Of a DNA stretch of 64,000 nucleotides, positions 38,626 through 51,378 are shown in pieces. The notes beneath the pieces are model-generated. The model was given only the letters and a program-made list of their open reading frames with translations, had not been told where the DNA came from and did no database searches. Source of the DNA: Paragordius varius (taxonomy: Eukaryota; Animalia; Nematomorpha); assembly GCA_964247055.1 (NCBI GenBank), contig OZ176056.1:8060001-8124000 (forward strand). The letters are read 5' to 3'. The number at the start of each line of letters is the position of its first letter. Within the stretch, counting starts at the first letter, position 1. The position numbers and the translations under genes are program-made.

Positions 38626-40589
38626 TCTATATATTTATAAAAATGGAAAAGGCTGACTTTGTGATCTGTTTCGGGAGAACCGGTAGAACCATTCAAATCC
38701 AAATATCAAAAAAATAATCATTAATGAATGCCCCGACAATAGCTTCGCCCTTTTTTTGAATTAGGCCCCCAGTTCGGGCCCACTCCGTGTAAAAAACGGG
38801 TTTTTTTGAAAAAATAAGTCACAAAAAATGTGTCTTTGAGACAATTTTGCTGAAAACGTGTTGGACCATTCGATTTTAAATATAATTTTTTTACTTATTT
38901 TTGATTGCGCCGAACATAGTCGGCTCGCTTTTTTAATTTAGGCCCTTTTTTACCCGCTCTCCTCTTAAAATGCCATTTTTTTAAAAAAAATTAAGTGCAC
39001 AAAAATAATTTTTTGAATCTATTTCTCGCCCAAGGTATGAGACCGTAAAAATTCAATAAGGATTCCAGGTATTTCCTGTTGAAAAGCAAAAGTCAAGCGT
39101 TACCTTGATGATAGCTGCTGGGTAAGGAGCTACCCAAGAAAAACTGACCCGTCATATCGAAATAGCGTGCTTTTGGGGCTAAACCTATCAGGCCATATAG
39201 TTTGATAGCTGCTTAAAGCATTCCCGTAAAATGTCAAAAATTTAAGTCTAGCGGAATTTTGAAATTAGCCGTTAATTAAACCCTTCACGCCCGGAAAAAT
39301 AAGCCATCATAGAATAATCTTATAATGTTGAGGCAACTTTTCCGAAAACTAATGAGAGCATATGGAATCAATGATAATTCCAGATATCCGTAAGCAGTCA
39401 AAATTTTAATCAAGCGCTTTTTTGTATCAGTCTCTGGGTAGGGAGCTAGCCGCCTACAACTACGCCACCATATGAAGATTGCGTTGTTTAGGAGTTAATT
39501 TTCAGAAATCAGGCCATATAAGTTTTATCCCTGTAATATTACCCGTAAAAAGGAAAAATTTAAGTCGGTTTTAATTTAGCGGTTAAATAGGCTCTAGACA
39601 GGGGGCTACCGGGGTAAAAAATGCGTGACTATATCGGTGCAGCATGCATGTGGAGCCAAATTTCAGAAAACTTATGACACTATGCGAGTTCAATAGGGGC
39701 TAAAATATTTATTACCACTTGAAAACAAATATTTTAGCATAGGGGGTTATTTTAATGAGTCGCTAAGAAAAGTTTTACGCCCTCAAAAATCGCCGCCATA
39801 GAACAATTTTTTGGTTTTAAGCAATATTTCCAAGAGCTTATAGGAACATATGGACATTATAATTCCAGATATTTCCCATATAAAGACAAAAATTTTGCCC
39901 GATGCTTTTTATACTTGCCTCTGGGTAAGAAGCTACCCGCCAAAAACTATGCTATATAGAAATTGTGTTATTTTGGAACAAATTTAAAACTTTTACCATA
40001 TAAGCTCATGTAAAGTTCGAAATATTCCCAACTAGGTAAAAATTAAGGTCAGGCCTTTTTTTATTAGTCGTTAATTTGGGGCCTTTATGCCCTAAAAATA
40101 CGCCAACATATTACGATTATTTAGTATTGAGGTATTTTTTTCGAATAACCCATGAGACGATGAACTCAAAGATAATTCCAAAAATTTCCCTATAAAGGCA
40201 AAAAATTTAACTTAGCGCTTATTCCATATAGGCCTATCGGTAAGGGTCTACCGGTTTAAAACTGAGACGCCATGCAAAAATGGCGTGGCTTTACAGCTAA
40301 TTTTCAAAAAATTTAAGAAGCCATATTTAAAAAAGGTTTTAAATATTACCCATTATTATAGTATAGCGGTTTTTTCCGTTAGCCGTCAATTTTGGGCCTT
40401 TCCACCAGTAAACAATATATTAGTATGAATGCACCGTTTTGAAAATCCTAGATCATAGCTATTAAATAATGTTTCGAAATAATCCACATATGTGGATCAT
40501 TTTATTGTCCCTTTTTTTCAATAACCCCCTCCCCCGCCCAGAAGTTCGAATAACTTCCGGGCTGCCTAGCAGCACGAGATTTAAGCTAA
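38626..40589 (+). mobile_element. Non-autonomous Helitron, long form (about 1.96 kb)
   Basis: A|TC 5' end; 3' hairpin gctgc-cta-gcagc followed by CTAA|T; no TSD or TIR; internal degenerate tandem units. Confidence 0.85.
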
Positions 40590-40862
40590 TAGTATTATAT
40601 TTTCCATAATTAGGTACTTATTCAATATACTCGCTTTTTCTATTTTAGCAAAGCTGCCCAAATTACATTATCAATTTTTTTAGAAATAACCTTACTTTAT
40701 ATATAACCCAACTGCTTTAATCATAGCTATGCAAAAACGATATTTGGGTTTGTTAAAAATTGTTGGTTTAATCACTTATGTGTTTATTATAGAAATATTT
40801 TTATTTTTAAAAGTCAATGTCACAAGAGGCATTAGAGGCGCGTAATTTAAAGTATGCATTTA

Positions 40863-41396
40863 ACACTCCAAATTAAATTGAAGGATCTAAATACCCCAGC
40901 ATTTTTGAAAAACTACTGAAAGAAACGGTCCAAAGCTTCTATCCTCATAAAATTATGTGAATAACCCGAAATATATTTATAAAATTTAGTTTTGAAATAA
41001 AAGTTTCATATCAAACTACTTAGGCGCCATTTTTATTTTACAACGTTTTTGCCAAATATCCTGTTTACTTAAATTTAAAGCTAAAATTAAAGCTCATTTC
41101 TTATTTAAATCACATCTAACATTCATAGAAACAGAAAAAGTTATTTTGTATTAATTTTATATTTAGCTAATGCACATATGTCAGGTTAACTAAATATTTA
41201 CTTTGGGTTTTACCTTAAAATAACTAATATCTAGTATTTGAATAATTTTTTTTCGGTTTAATAATGTTATATAAGAGCAAACATTTGGCATGGTTTCATT
41301 TACTTACATATTTTGTGGAGTATTTAATTTTAAGGTCAGGGGTATCCAACTACCCTATATTGAATCGAAGGAATAAAAATGTCTTATATCCAAGTG
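40863..41396 (-). mobile_element. piggyBac-type MITE family A inserted into a family G MITE
   Basis: TTAA at 40859-40862 and 41397-41400. The flanks rejoin as agtatgcatTTAAatggttg, the family G terminus. Confidence 0.85.
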
Positions 41397-43034
41397 TTAA
41401 ATGGTTGCTTATTTTACACTATTGGGGAATTCGCAAAACAGTAGTGTATGAAAAACAGCGAAATATTGAATAAATAAAATGTAAGAAAGGAAAAACTGCT
41501 TATTCAACATTTGGTTGTTTTTCCATACGCTACTGTGTTGCATATTGACCAACTAAAATGTGAAATAACCATAAATGCATACTGTATAAACAATCCTCAT
41601 AAAATTCGATGTACTAATTTACATTATAAACATCTGCATATGTGTCTAACAGCTTTACAATATTTACCCGTATCCTAGGCCCGACAAATTTTTTTGCTCA
41701 ATACCACTGATATCCAAATTAAATAAATTAGTTTTTAACGGGTATCATTTGACATTATTAATTATCGCAATTCTTAATCAACGACATTTGGGTAGTTACT
41801 GTACCGCAGAATTTCTATTCCTCCTAAAAAGTATTCGATATATTCGGCCAAATTTAATATGCCTTTTTAGCCATTTAGGCGCTTGATTGCAAAATAAATT
41901 TTGAAAAGTATAAAATTGTAAAAATCCTGATGTCCCAAACTTTTTCTCCACCATTTTATTCTTATATATTTTATCTCTAATACAGAAGGCAAATAAATGC
42001 ATATTATGGATGGAAAGTATTTAACTCTAAGAAGCTATAAAACATTTTCATCAAATTTTAGATATTTATAGGTTTTAAAACTGTTTCTACTATCGAGATG
42101 CTATCCCAATTTTGGACTAAATTTACAGCACTTTAAGAAGTAAAGCATTATCTTATTTTAGTTAAAATTAATATAAATTCTTTTACTATTTACGCCTTTA
42201 ATACTTTTAAAATGGCATGAGATAAATAGAATATCAGTATATTTCTGGGTAAATATATATGTATATATATATACATATTTGAGACCTTAACCTATACATT
42301 TTTACAACAATGTGTTAAACAAATACAAACCACATTTGGTCCATCCATAAATCTTTAGGCTTTATGCAAATTCATATGGGTTAAATAAAATAAAACTTCA
42401 AATTTATATATATATATATATATATATATATGTTATATGAGCTGAGAAAAAATAATTACAACATGATAATAATCTACAAGCATAAAAAAAGTTTGGAGAG
42501 TATTTAGGTATGGGGTCCAATTAATTCATAAGCCCATTATTGATTGTGTGTTGGGGATTGATTTATCCAACTTTAAAGACATATATAATATATATATATA
42601 TATATAGTAAAAATTAAAATTATGCGGACAAAAAGTAAAAATATAAAGACAAATATTTTTCTTGCATGACACCTCATCATACTATTTGCAACTCGATTTT
42701 TAAAAAATAATTCATTGGTAAAAACTACTGTTAAATTTGAAACAGTGATGTATATTGGTAACACAATCAATCATTAATTTAACGATTGTAATTAAATGGT
42801 TTTTATAAGATAAATTAGGGTTTCAAAAGTATGGTGGTTGTTTTTTGGAAAAAAAATTTGGTCTTTATAATTTTACCTTTGGTCCGTATAATTTCAATTT
42901 TTACTGTAAATAAGTAAAATGAGTATATTCTTTGCTCTCTTTTAAACATTATTACATATGGCTCATAAATAAATTTTATATTGGGCATTAGTGGTGTGCC
43001 CAATTTTTAACTAAAAAATAGCAAATAAATAATT

Positions 43035-43719
43035 TCAAATAAGATAATTCAAATAATTACAGCATCTACAATGAGGGCACGGGTCTCCTGGATAAAATAC
43101 ATTACGACACGGGAAGATACAGGGTAATATTCTTCTACTGCATGACACACCTATAGACAACAAAAGCATAACTTAAAACTTACCTTTAAGACAAAAACGC
43201 GTAAAAAGAGGTAATAAGTCTAAAATAATATATTTTTACATGATAAAAATGTCATTTTTTTTAATTCTTTTTCCATATATATATACCAAATAGCATAAAT
43301 TTCCTATTTAGTTTTTTATAAAAAGAAAACCATGGTTAATCAAATGGGCTTTTCCTAACTCTTTAATTGTTGTATATATTCTGTGTTTTAATTCTTACTG
43401 GATTGATTGGATCCTTGCTTCATAGCAAATAAATTTTAATCGAATCGTAAGTTAATGCATTTAAATGCTTGTCTTATCCACATTCTAGATGTTCTATTGG
43501 CAACACAGTAGTGTATAGAAAAAAACAACAAAATATTAAATAAAAAATTTGTCCTATCCTACATTCCTATGTATATATTATATACGACATTTTATCGCCT
43601 TGTTTTTCCATACCCTACTGTGTTGCCATTTAATCAACTATTCCATAGTGTTGAATGAGCCAGAATCAATAAGTCGTGTTGTATTATAATTTATAAATGA
43701 AATGAAATAAAGATAAGGC

Positions 43720-43754
<35 letters not shown>

Positions 43755-43909
43755 TTACGTCTTTGGTTAACAAAGATTGGTTGAACGACTTGCGGACCTT
43801 GTTGAAATTGTTGTCCAGGAAATTGTTGTCCAGGAAATTGAGCATTTGAAAGCACCCATATTTCAGCAAACATACAAATGGCTAGCAGAGTATACAGTTT
43901 AAACAACAT
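43035..43909 (-). CDS. Small secreted peptide (88 aa): signal peptide, QFPGQ repeat, antistasin-like Cys domain
   Basis: Exon 1 43909-43759 (ATG, donor C|gtaag) and exon 2 43150-43035 (ctatag|GT, TGA) are phase-matched. Protein: MLFKLYTLLAICMFAEIWVLSNA-QFPGQQFPGQQFQQGPQVVQPIFVNQRRVSCSRRILPCIFPCRNVFYPGDPCPHCRCCNYLNYLI. Confidence 0.85.
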
Positions 43910-45959
43910 TGCGCTGAGAATTTTTTTCGGTTTTTTTAAAGCAAAAACTTTTAAATAATGAAAGACGATTTGATTTGATAAATGTTGATTTATTATAACA
44001 CACAAGATTAAATAAAGGTTAATTAAAATGACTTATAAACTCAAGTATAATTTAATGATTACATCGCCAATTTTTATGATTTTGTTCCAAACCATAATCC
44101 ATACTACTCAATCATATCAATCATGATGTTATTATATTATTTCCCTATACACCCCTAAGCTAATACTTGTTTATTCATACCTAATTATTTAGCTATATGC
44201 CATCCAAAATAATAACATTACCGAATTAAATACTGTTATGGTTAATAAATCAATATTATTTTGTTTGATATTAAATTTATTATTAATTTTGTTAACACTT
44301 TGCTTATAGAGCATTTGCAAAGATATATTAAAAATTATAAATGATATAGAGAAAATTAAAAAATATGCATCCTTTAGCCTTCTAGGGACATGATTCAAAT
44401 TGTTATTTTTTAAAAAAATGTAAAATTGAAAGTAATCCCCATTTCAAACCTTTTCGCCGCCATTTCTTTATATATTTTTCATGCAATAGGCGAATAACTG
44501 TATATTATGGTTAGTAAATGATCTGTAATTTTCTTAAGTTATTGATGTTTAAAATCAGCTGTTAAATATTTCCCAATTTGAGTTTCTCGAAGTTAGAAAT
44601 CTAAAAAAGATATAGCCTTTTTTTATTAAATACAGAAGAACAATGGTCTTATATTTAATTTTTTTTACGAAAACAACGTTTAAAGTATTAGTTTAATTTT
44701 TTAAGTTTAAGGTATAAAACTACCTAACTGTGTCCACAAAATAAAGTTAATGAGGGGTAAATGTGATATCAAGAATTATATTTGCATAATTATAAATTTT
44801 TCAAATTTTCAAAATGTTTTATATAGAATAAAAAATTTAGATTTTTTGGATATAGAATGTTTTTATAATTAAGACATATCATTTAAATTCTCCATATAAC
44901 AACTTTACTTTTAAATATTGTTTCAGTTTTTCCCAGCAGCATACAACTAACTGTTTGCGATTTTAAATTAGTCAAAATGTGGTATTACGAAATTTAATTT
45001 GTCTTAAAACCATATATTAAGTATATAGGTTAATTTTAGTAAAAACATAATATATCTGCTTCTAAAAATGTTGAAAGAGTTAGCCATTTTAATCGCTTAG
45101 AACAGTTGTGCTAACCAAAAATTTTAAATGCCGCTAAAAATAATCATCTTCTCTCCCCGCTCATTATTTAATATCGATAAAAATTTATACTAAGATATTT
45201 ATAATTAAAATTAATCCATCATAAAATTTAACAAATAATTCAGGGCCAGAAAAAAGCACTTTGAGGGCGCAGTTTGAGTACCACTGCTTTAATATATTTA
45301 AACATTTCTTATATTTTAATGATGGCTATCACTTTGGATGGATTAAAGGATTTGTTAGTCTGCAATTATAAGTTATATTTATGTTGTGTTTATGAAAAAT
45401 AATTTTTAATTTGAAGTCCACATTGTTAAATTAAAAATCTGATGTTGAGAATCCCAATTATATATTAAATTTTTTTCATAATATCTTATAATATTTTTCT
45501 ACTGTTTCCACCATGCTTCAAAATATGATGAAGCTCACACTTAAAATTTTACTATAAATGAAAATTTTTAACCTAAAAATTGCTTGGAAAAATAAGATTT
45601 TCCATACTAAACATATTGTTTTTCATATATTTTGTGATATATTTTAGTTATATTTTTTGAATTGAAAGCTTTTAGCAAAATAATAGGGTCCAAAAGACAA
45701 ATAAAAAAACCAGGATAACAATATATTTCTAATAGATAAGTGGCCTAAAGTGCTTTTTATGGTCCTGAATTACACTGCTCAACAAGGTTTTGCACCACCC
45801 CATTTTTTTCTATTTTCTGTTACCTAATGGCATCAAAAGGCCAAAAAAATGAAGCCGCCAATAAAAATTTTTAAAATTTAATTTTTAATATTGTATTTGA
45901 TTTTAAAAAAACAATTATTCCTCGTGTACATATATTTAAATTATTTAACGAGCAAGTCG

Positions 45960-46260
45960 ATACAAGTGGTATTCCAGAGAGAGGTTTTTTATTAAAATTT
46001 TAGAACAAAAATGGAAAACAAATATACCAGCCCCAATATACGATACCACAGAAGATTTTTTATTAACGAAGACTCTGGAGAAAATGCTATTGATCGTCCA
46101 TTTAATATAACTTTATCTTAAAATACCGTCGGTCTTATAATAAAAAATATAAACTGCCCAAAATCGCTACTGAAGGTTTGTTATCTCTTTTGCACGAGGC
46201 ATACGTCTTATCAAGCGGGCCTGTTACTCGACATAGAAATAAATAATAAATAAATATTCA
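45960..46260 (+). mobile_element. Possible 5'-truncated LINE remnant with a (TAAA)n tail
   Basis: GC-richer broken coding-like sequence ending in aaataaataataaataaat. No diagnostic RT motif was seen. Confidence 0.3.
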
Positions 46261-47564
46261 ATTTATTGAATACATTATTTAACTCAATGTATCAAATAAA
46301 AGAAGATACGAACTTTAAGAGTATAGAATTAAAATAAATTAAAAGCTATAAGCCGTATTAAAAATCAAAAATATCAAAAATCTAAAAGTGTAGGGTATGA
46401 TAGATCCGGGCAGCTTGCACAAGCTCTGCAAAATATCATCCACCAAGCGCTCCTATAATTATGCCAGATTTGGCAGAGATAATAGGTGATCGTAGAGCCA
46501 AACCTGCTGAGAATATAACGTAGTTAACTTCAGCTAAATCCAGGGAAATTGACATGCCAAACCGTTTCACACAATAGAGTTAGGCAAATTCGACCATTAA
46601 ATCGGATAAGAAAATGAGATAAGTACAAGTGGTCTTATTGTAGTTCATACTTTTAGTATTTTTTTAATATAAATTTATATGTGGTAAAAATTAGCTTTAT
46701 AATAACACTAAATTACGTTTATACACGTACTATTTTTTTCTCCCTGATATGTAAATGATATATTTATATTCAAAAGATAGAGCTTTAAACGCCTTATTAA
46801 TTGATAATCATTTAATATAACAACTATCTATTAGAAAGTTTTATTTGATTTTCGATTTTCTCTTATTTTTGAATTTAAAACCTGTATTATCTCAAAATTC
46901 CGATTGGGGAGATCAAAATATTTTCAGATTTAATTTTTGATCAATAAAAATAGTCAAAATTAATAATTTTGAGTCTCTAAAAGTCTAGATTGTTCGACTA
47001 TTGTTATTTATTAATTTTTGTGTACGTATTTTGATTATGTATATCAGCTATTTTAAGGTTTTAAACCGTTTCCGCCATGTTATACGATAAAAATGGATTT
47101 GCCAAAATGCTATAGTAATTTTTGAGCAAAATATTTTTTTTATAAAAAATTCCGCTTTTATTCGGAACATCATGCTTTATCGGCATTTTTGCTATTAATT
47201 TAATGAATGTGCTCATTACAGACCTCCTTAAATTTAAGACTTTAGTTTTACCTCATTAAAATATAAAATTAGAAAAATATTTTGCTTTTTATTCATAGTT
47301 AGATATATATTTTATCTATAACTTTTGGTTTTAACGATTTAGCATAGCGTGTGCAAATTTCGCTATTATTTGATAAATGCAATAGATAAAAGTGGAAAAT
47401 TATATTCTAGGGTCCAAGGCATTAGGTGTTCTGAAACATTTTGATATAATTATATCATCGGGTTTTAATAATTGCAGTGTAACATTTCGAATTATGTAAT
47501 AATTCATAACCACTATTAATCCAAAGGGCTATTTAATCTTGGTGGGGCTATTAAACGTATTTAA

Positions 47565-48070
47565 CACCTGAATACAACACATTCAATTCAGTTCTTAGAT
47601 TCAAATTGGGGTAGTTAATTGCCACAGGTTTGTTTAAAATTAAATAGTCTAAAAAATATGGATAAATTACCATGACAAAGGTTTGCACCTATTTAACATT
47701 AATATACCGAAACAAGAAAACATCCGAGGGGTAAAACCCTAAGGAAAAAATTTAGACAACATGACATGTATGCAACTAAATACAAAAATAATGTAAACAT
47801 ACCACTTTTTCTGTTTATATCATAGTTAAATGTGATTTTAATAAAAAGTAAGCTTAATTTTAGGCTTACAATTAAAGAAACACGGTATTTTTCAAAAATG
47901 ATGCAATAGTTTGATATGGAGCTTTATTTCCAAAACCAAATTTTATTTAAATATTTTGGCCTATATATATAATTTTCATTAGGATAGAAATTGGAACCGT
48001 TTTTTCTCACTAGTTTTTAAAAAAATAAATTTAAATATTGCCTAGGGTATTTGGTATTTGAATCGAAGTG
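47565..48070 (+). mobile_element. piggyBac-type MITE family A, diverged copy
   Basis: TTAA + cacctgaatacaac ... ttgaatcgaagtg followed by tcaa. Confidence 0.8.
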
Positions 48071-48277
48071 TCAACTGTTATCTGTAGGATTCTACTAGCG
48101 TTCGATTTTGGTGAATTGATATCGATGTTACTCACGCTCCTTAATATGGAAAACGATATTTTTGTATTAAATACTTTATCACCATATTAACAAGTTATTC
48201 TTATTAATTAAATACCTATTTTAACGTGAAACCGTAATTATTTATAGTTTGAAGATTGAATTCTCAAAATAATAAAC

Positions 48278-51200
48278 ATGGATGGCATTATATATTTATT
48301 TTCATTAGTTTTTTGCATGATGAACGTTCTATTATATAATTCAGGTTCGATAAAACCCGCTGGTATTTTCTAATATAGTAAAATTTCACAGCCTTAAACC
48401 TAATAGGACTTTATTACATTTTTTTATGGTATTCTGGCAAAAAAATCTTTATATAATACATATTTTGGAGAACAAATTTAGAGGCTTTTTCCAAACACCC
48501 ATAATATCTGATATATTTTAGCTCACTTCGATTCAAATTGGAGTATCTAAATACCGCAGACTAAATTTGAGTTAGGATTTTTAAAAAACTACTGAAGGAA
48601 ACAGTGCCAGTTTAAATTTATGCCTCTTTCTCAATAAATTATATATATATATGCCAAAATATCTAAATAAAGGGTGGGGTGATAAAAAAAGTCGCACTTG
48701 ATTATAAGTCAAGCGTGGCAAGTTGAGCAAGTTTACTTAAGCCAGTAAGTGTTCACTTGAAGATCGGTGATAATTTAAGTCAAGTCATTTTCTTATGAAT
48801 GTAACATATTTACCACTCAATTAAAATTTTGCGGAAATTATTTTGATCATTTTCAGCCAAATATAAAATAATGCACAAAAGGATAAACAATCAATATATG
48901 CATTTATTGAGGTTTTTCAAACTCACTGGCACGTATTTTATTTAATATTATAGAGTTTTCTAAATATTAAGCCCAATGATAATTTTTAAGTTGATGAAAC
49001 CGGCCCTTAAGACATATATTTTATTTTACCACACTACTTATTTTGTTTGGAATCCATTTGCAAATAGGAAGATGTTTATACAATATATAATTTTATTATT
49101 TTTAATTGATTATTATTATACATTCGAAATAAATTTATATAATAAATTCTTTTTATTAGTTAATAGTGAAGTAACCTTTTGCGTTTATTAAACGAGGATT
49201 TGAAATTTTACAAGATTAATATTTAATTATTAATTTTAAGAAATTTTCGAGAAATCAAATATTTTAGCGGGTTCATGGAATTGATATATTTAGCATATTT
49301 TTTTATACCATGTAAAATATTACAGAGTTTTTCTAAAAATTTATCTTCTTTTGTATCCACCCATATGTTAATTTGCGAAAATTTATCAATAAACAATTTA
49401 TATCATTAAAGAAGGTTTTATTAACATATAAAGCTTAAATTACATATATAAACAGTTTCCAAAATAATTTTCTCCATATTTTAAAATCCCTTAAGTGTGC
49501 CCTACACCACACTTGCAAAATCAAGTTTTACTTGATCATATGATTTTTTATCACCTCCAAATTTTCTTGATTGACTTAAGTCGCCTAATGTAAAATTTTT
49601 CTTATCACATGAAAGCAAGCTATGACTTGAAAAATTGCAAGTTAAGCAAGCCAAAAAAATTTTTTATCACATCACCCAAAGTTTTGTTTTGAAAAAAAGT
49701 TCCATGTCAAACTACTTCGACGCCATTTTATTTTATAAAATTTATGCAAAATATCGTCTTCAATTAATATTAAGGGTTTTTTATTTAAATTACATCTAAC
49801 ATTGATAGAAATATATAAAGCGGTTTATTTTGTATTAATTTATCGAACACATGTCACGTTGACAAAATTTTTACCTTTCGGTTTTAGCTTAAAATAAATA
49901 ATATTAAGTATTTTTGAATAAATGTTTTATATATTCAGGTTTATTAATTTTATATAAGTGCAAAATTTTGCCATGGTTTCGATTCCTTCCCTTTTTTTTA
50001 AAGAATTTAATTTTAAACGGGCCTGGGGTATTTAGCTACCCCAATTTGAATCGAAGGACTAAAATAAATGTGTTGTATCCAAGTGTAAAATCTGCATTTT
50101 TTAGAAAATATCTGTTCTCATACTGCCACAACGAATGAATTGGAAAACAAAAAGCAACTCATTCATAGATTTGTAGATCACTGCTGCCGACATGAACAAA
50201 GTATAAATAATTTTAAAATTTAGATATTTTCCTCAGGAGAATCGGTGTTTACCAAACTATGTACGGATAAATTATATGAAATGAAAATGATAAAGACTAC
50301 ACCCGAAGCACACCTCAAATTTTTGACGCTTGCAAAAGATAATTTACACATGAAAACAAAATTGGCTAAGCTTTTGGGTTATTGGGATACCGAATTTGGC
50401 AGTTTGAATTCTTTAATTCAACTTTGGGAGTATGGTAAATTTTGATTGGCTTATTATTAAATTTAAAGGTTCCTACAAAGAAAGTATCGATACTAGAAAT
50501 CGATTGCATCACGATGAACAGTGGAAGAAAGCTTTTGTTGATAAAGTTTTTCCTTTGGTTGTAAAACAAGAAAATATGACTTTAAGAATGTTGTGTGGAG
50601 ATCCTAACTTCAATCTTGGGGCTAATATGGATGGTTATTTTTTGACCTTTTAATTAAAAAATTTTAATTTATATTAAGTTCACTGGACTAATTAAAGTTT
50701 TTAATTATAATTATTTCTGTTTTTACCAAAATATTATATTAAAATTTATAGATGACATTTTTTCCTTATTTACACAATTGTTGGAATGAATATTATATTA
50801 ATTATTCTACTAGTTTTATTTTATTGTCATAATTGGTTTTTCACAATTATTTTTTATATTTTACCTCTATATTATCAGTGTGTTAAATGAATATATTTTC
50901 TTAAATCATCCATGTTAATCTCTTTATTTATTATAATTATTTTATTTAGAAATTTTAATTAATTATCCTAATAATTAATATTAATGTTTTTTATAGGTGT
51001 GTATTATCGTTTAAACACGTATATGCTTAAGGGACCATTCCATACCATGGCACTTAAATTCAAGGATTCCAGTGAAAAGTTTTACGAGGGCCTTAAAAAG
51101 GCTAATATTAATTGCATGTCTCATATAGCAACTTTCATACCCGAGTCCGATAAAACTAGCAAAAGTTTGTTTTTCATAAGTTTAAAAAAGTTGTGTTTAC

Positions 51201-51340
51201 CCTAAGGTTTTTTTAGAATTGCATTTTTGTATGAATTTCAATAAATTTTAAGTTTTAAAAAAAAAATTGGGGGCAAAATGCTTAAAATGTTAGAACTAAA
51301 AAAATAATACACCTGTAATAAAATATGAAACCATTTTACC

Positions 51341-51378
<38 letters not shown>

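Noticed and set aside
43721-44005. ORF track lists this ORF on the + strand
   Set aside because: The given translation only reads on the minus strand (TTG at 44005, TAA at 43723-43721). The real start is the ATG at 43909 and the ORF is exon 1 of a spliced gene.
46380-46620. GC-richer patch, possibly a retroelement or gene fragment
   Set aside because: Stops in all plausible frames and only a weak WSNLPNSIV (CR1-like) hint; not enough to call.
49914-50138. Recurring short ORFs such as MLYKCKI...YPNLNRRTK (also 41264-41473 and 53844-54032)
   Set aside because: Incidental frames in piggyBac MITE copies; no transposase similarity and variable stops.
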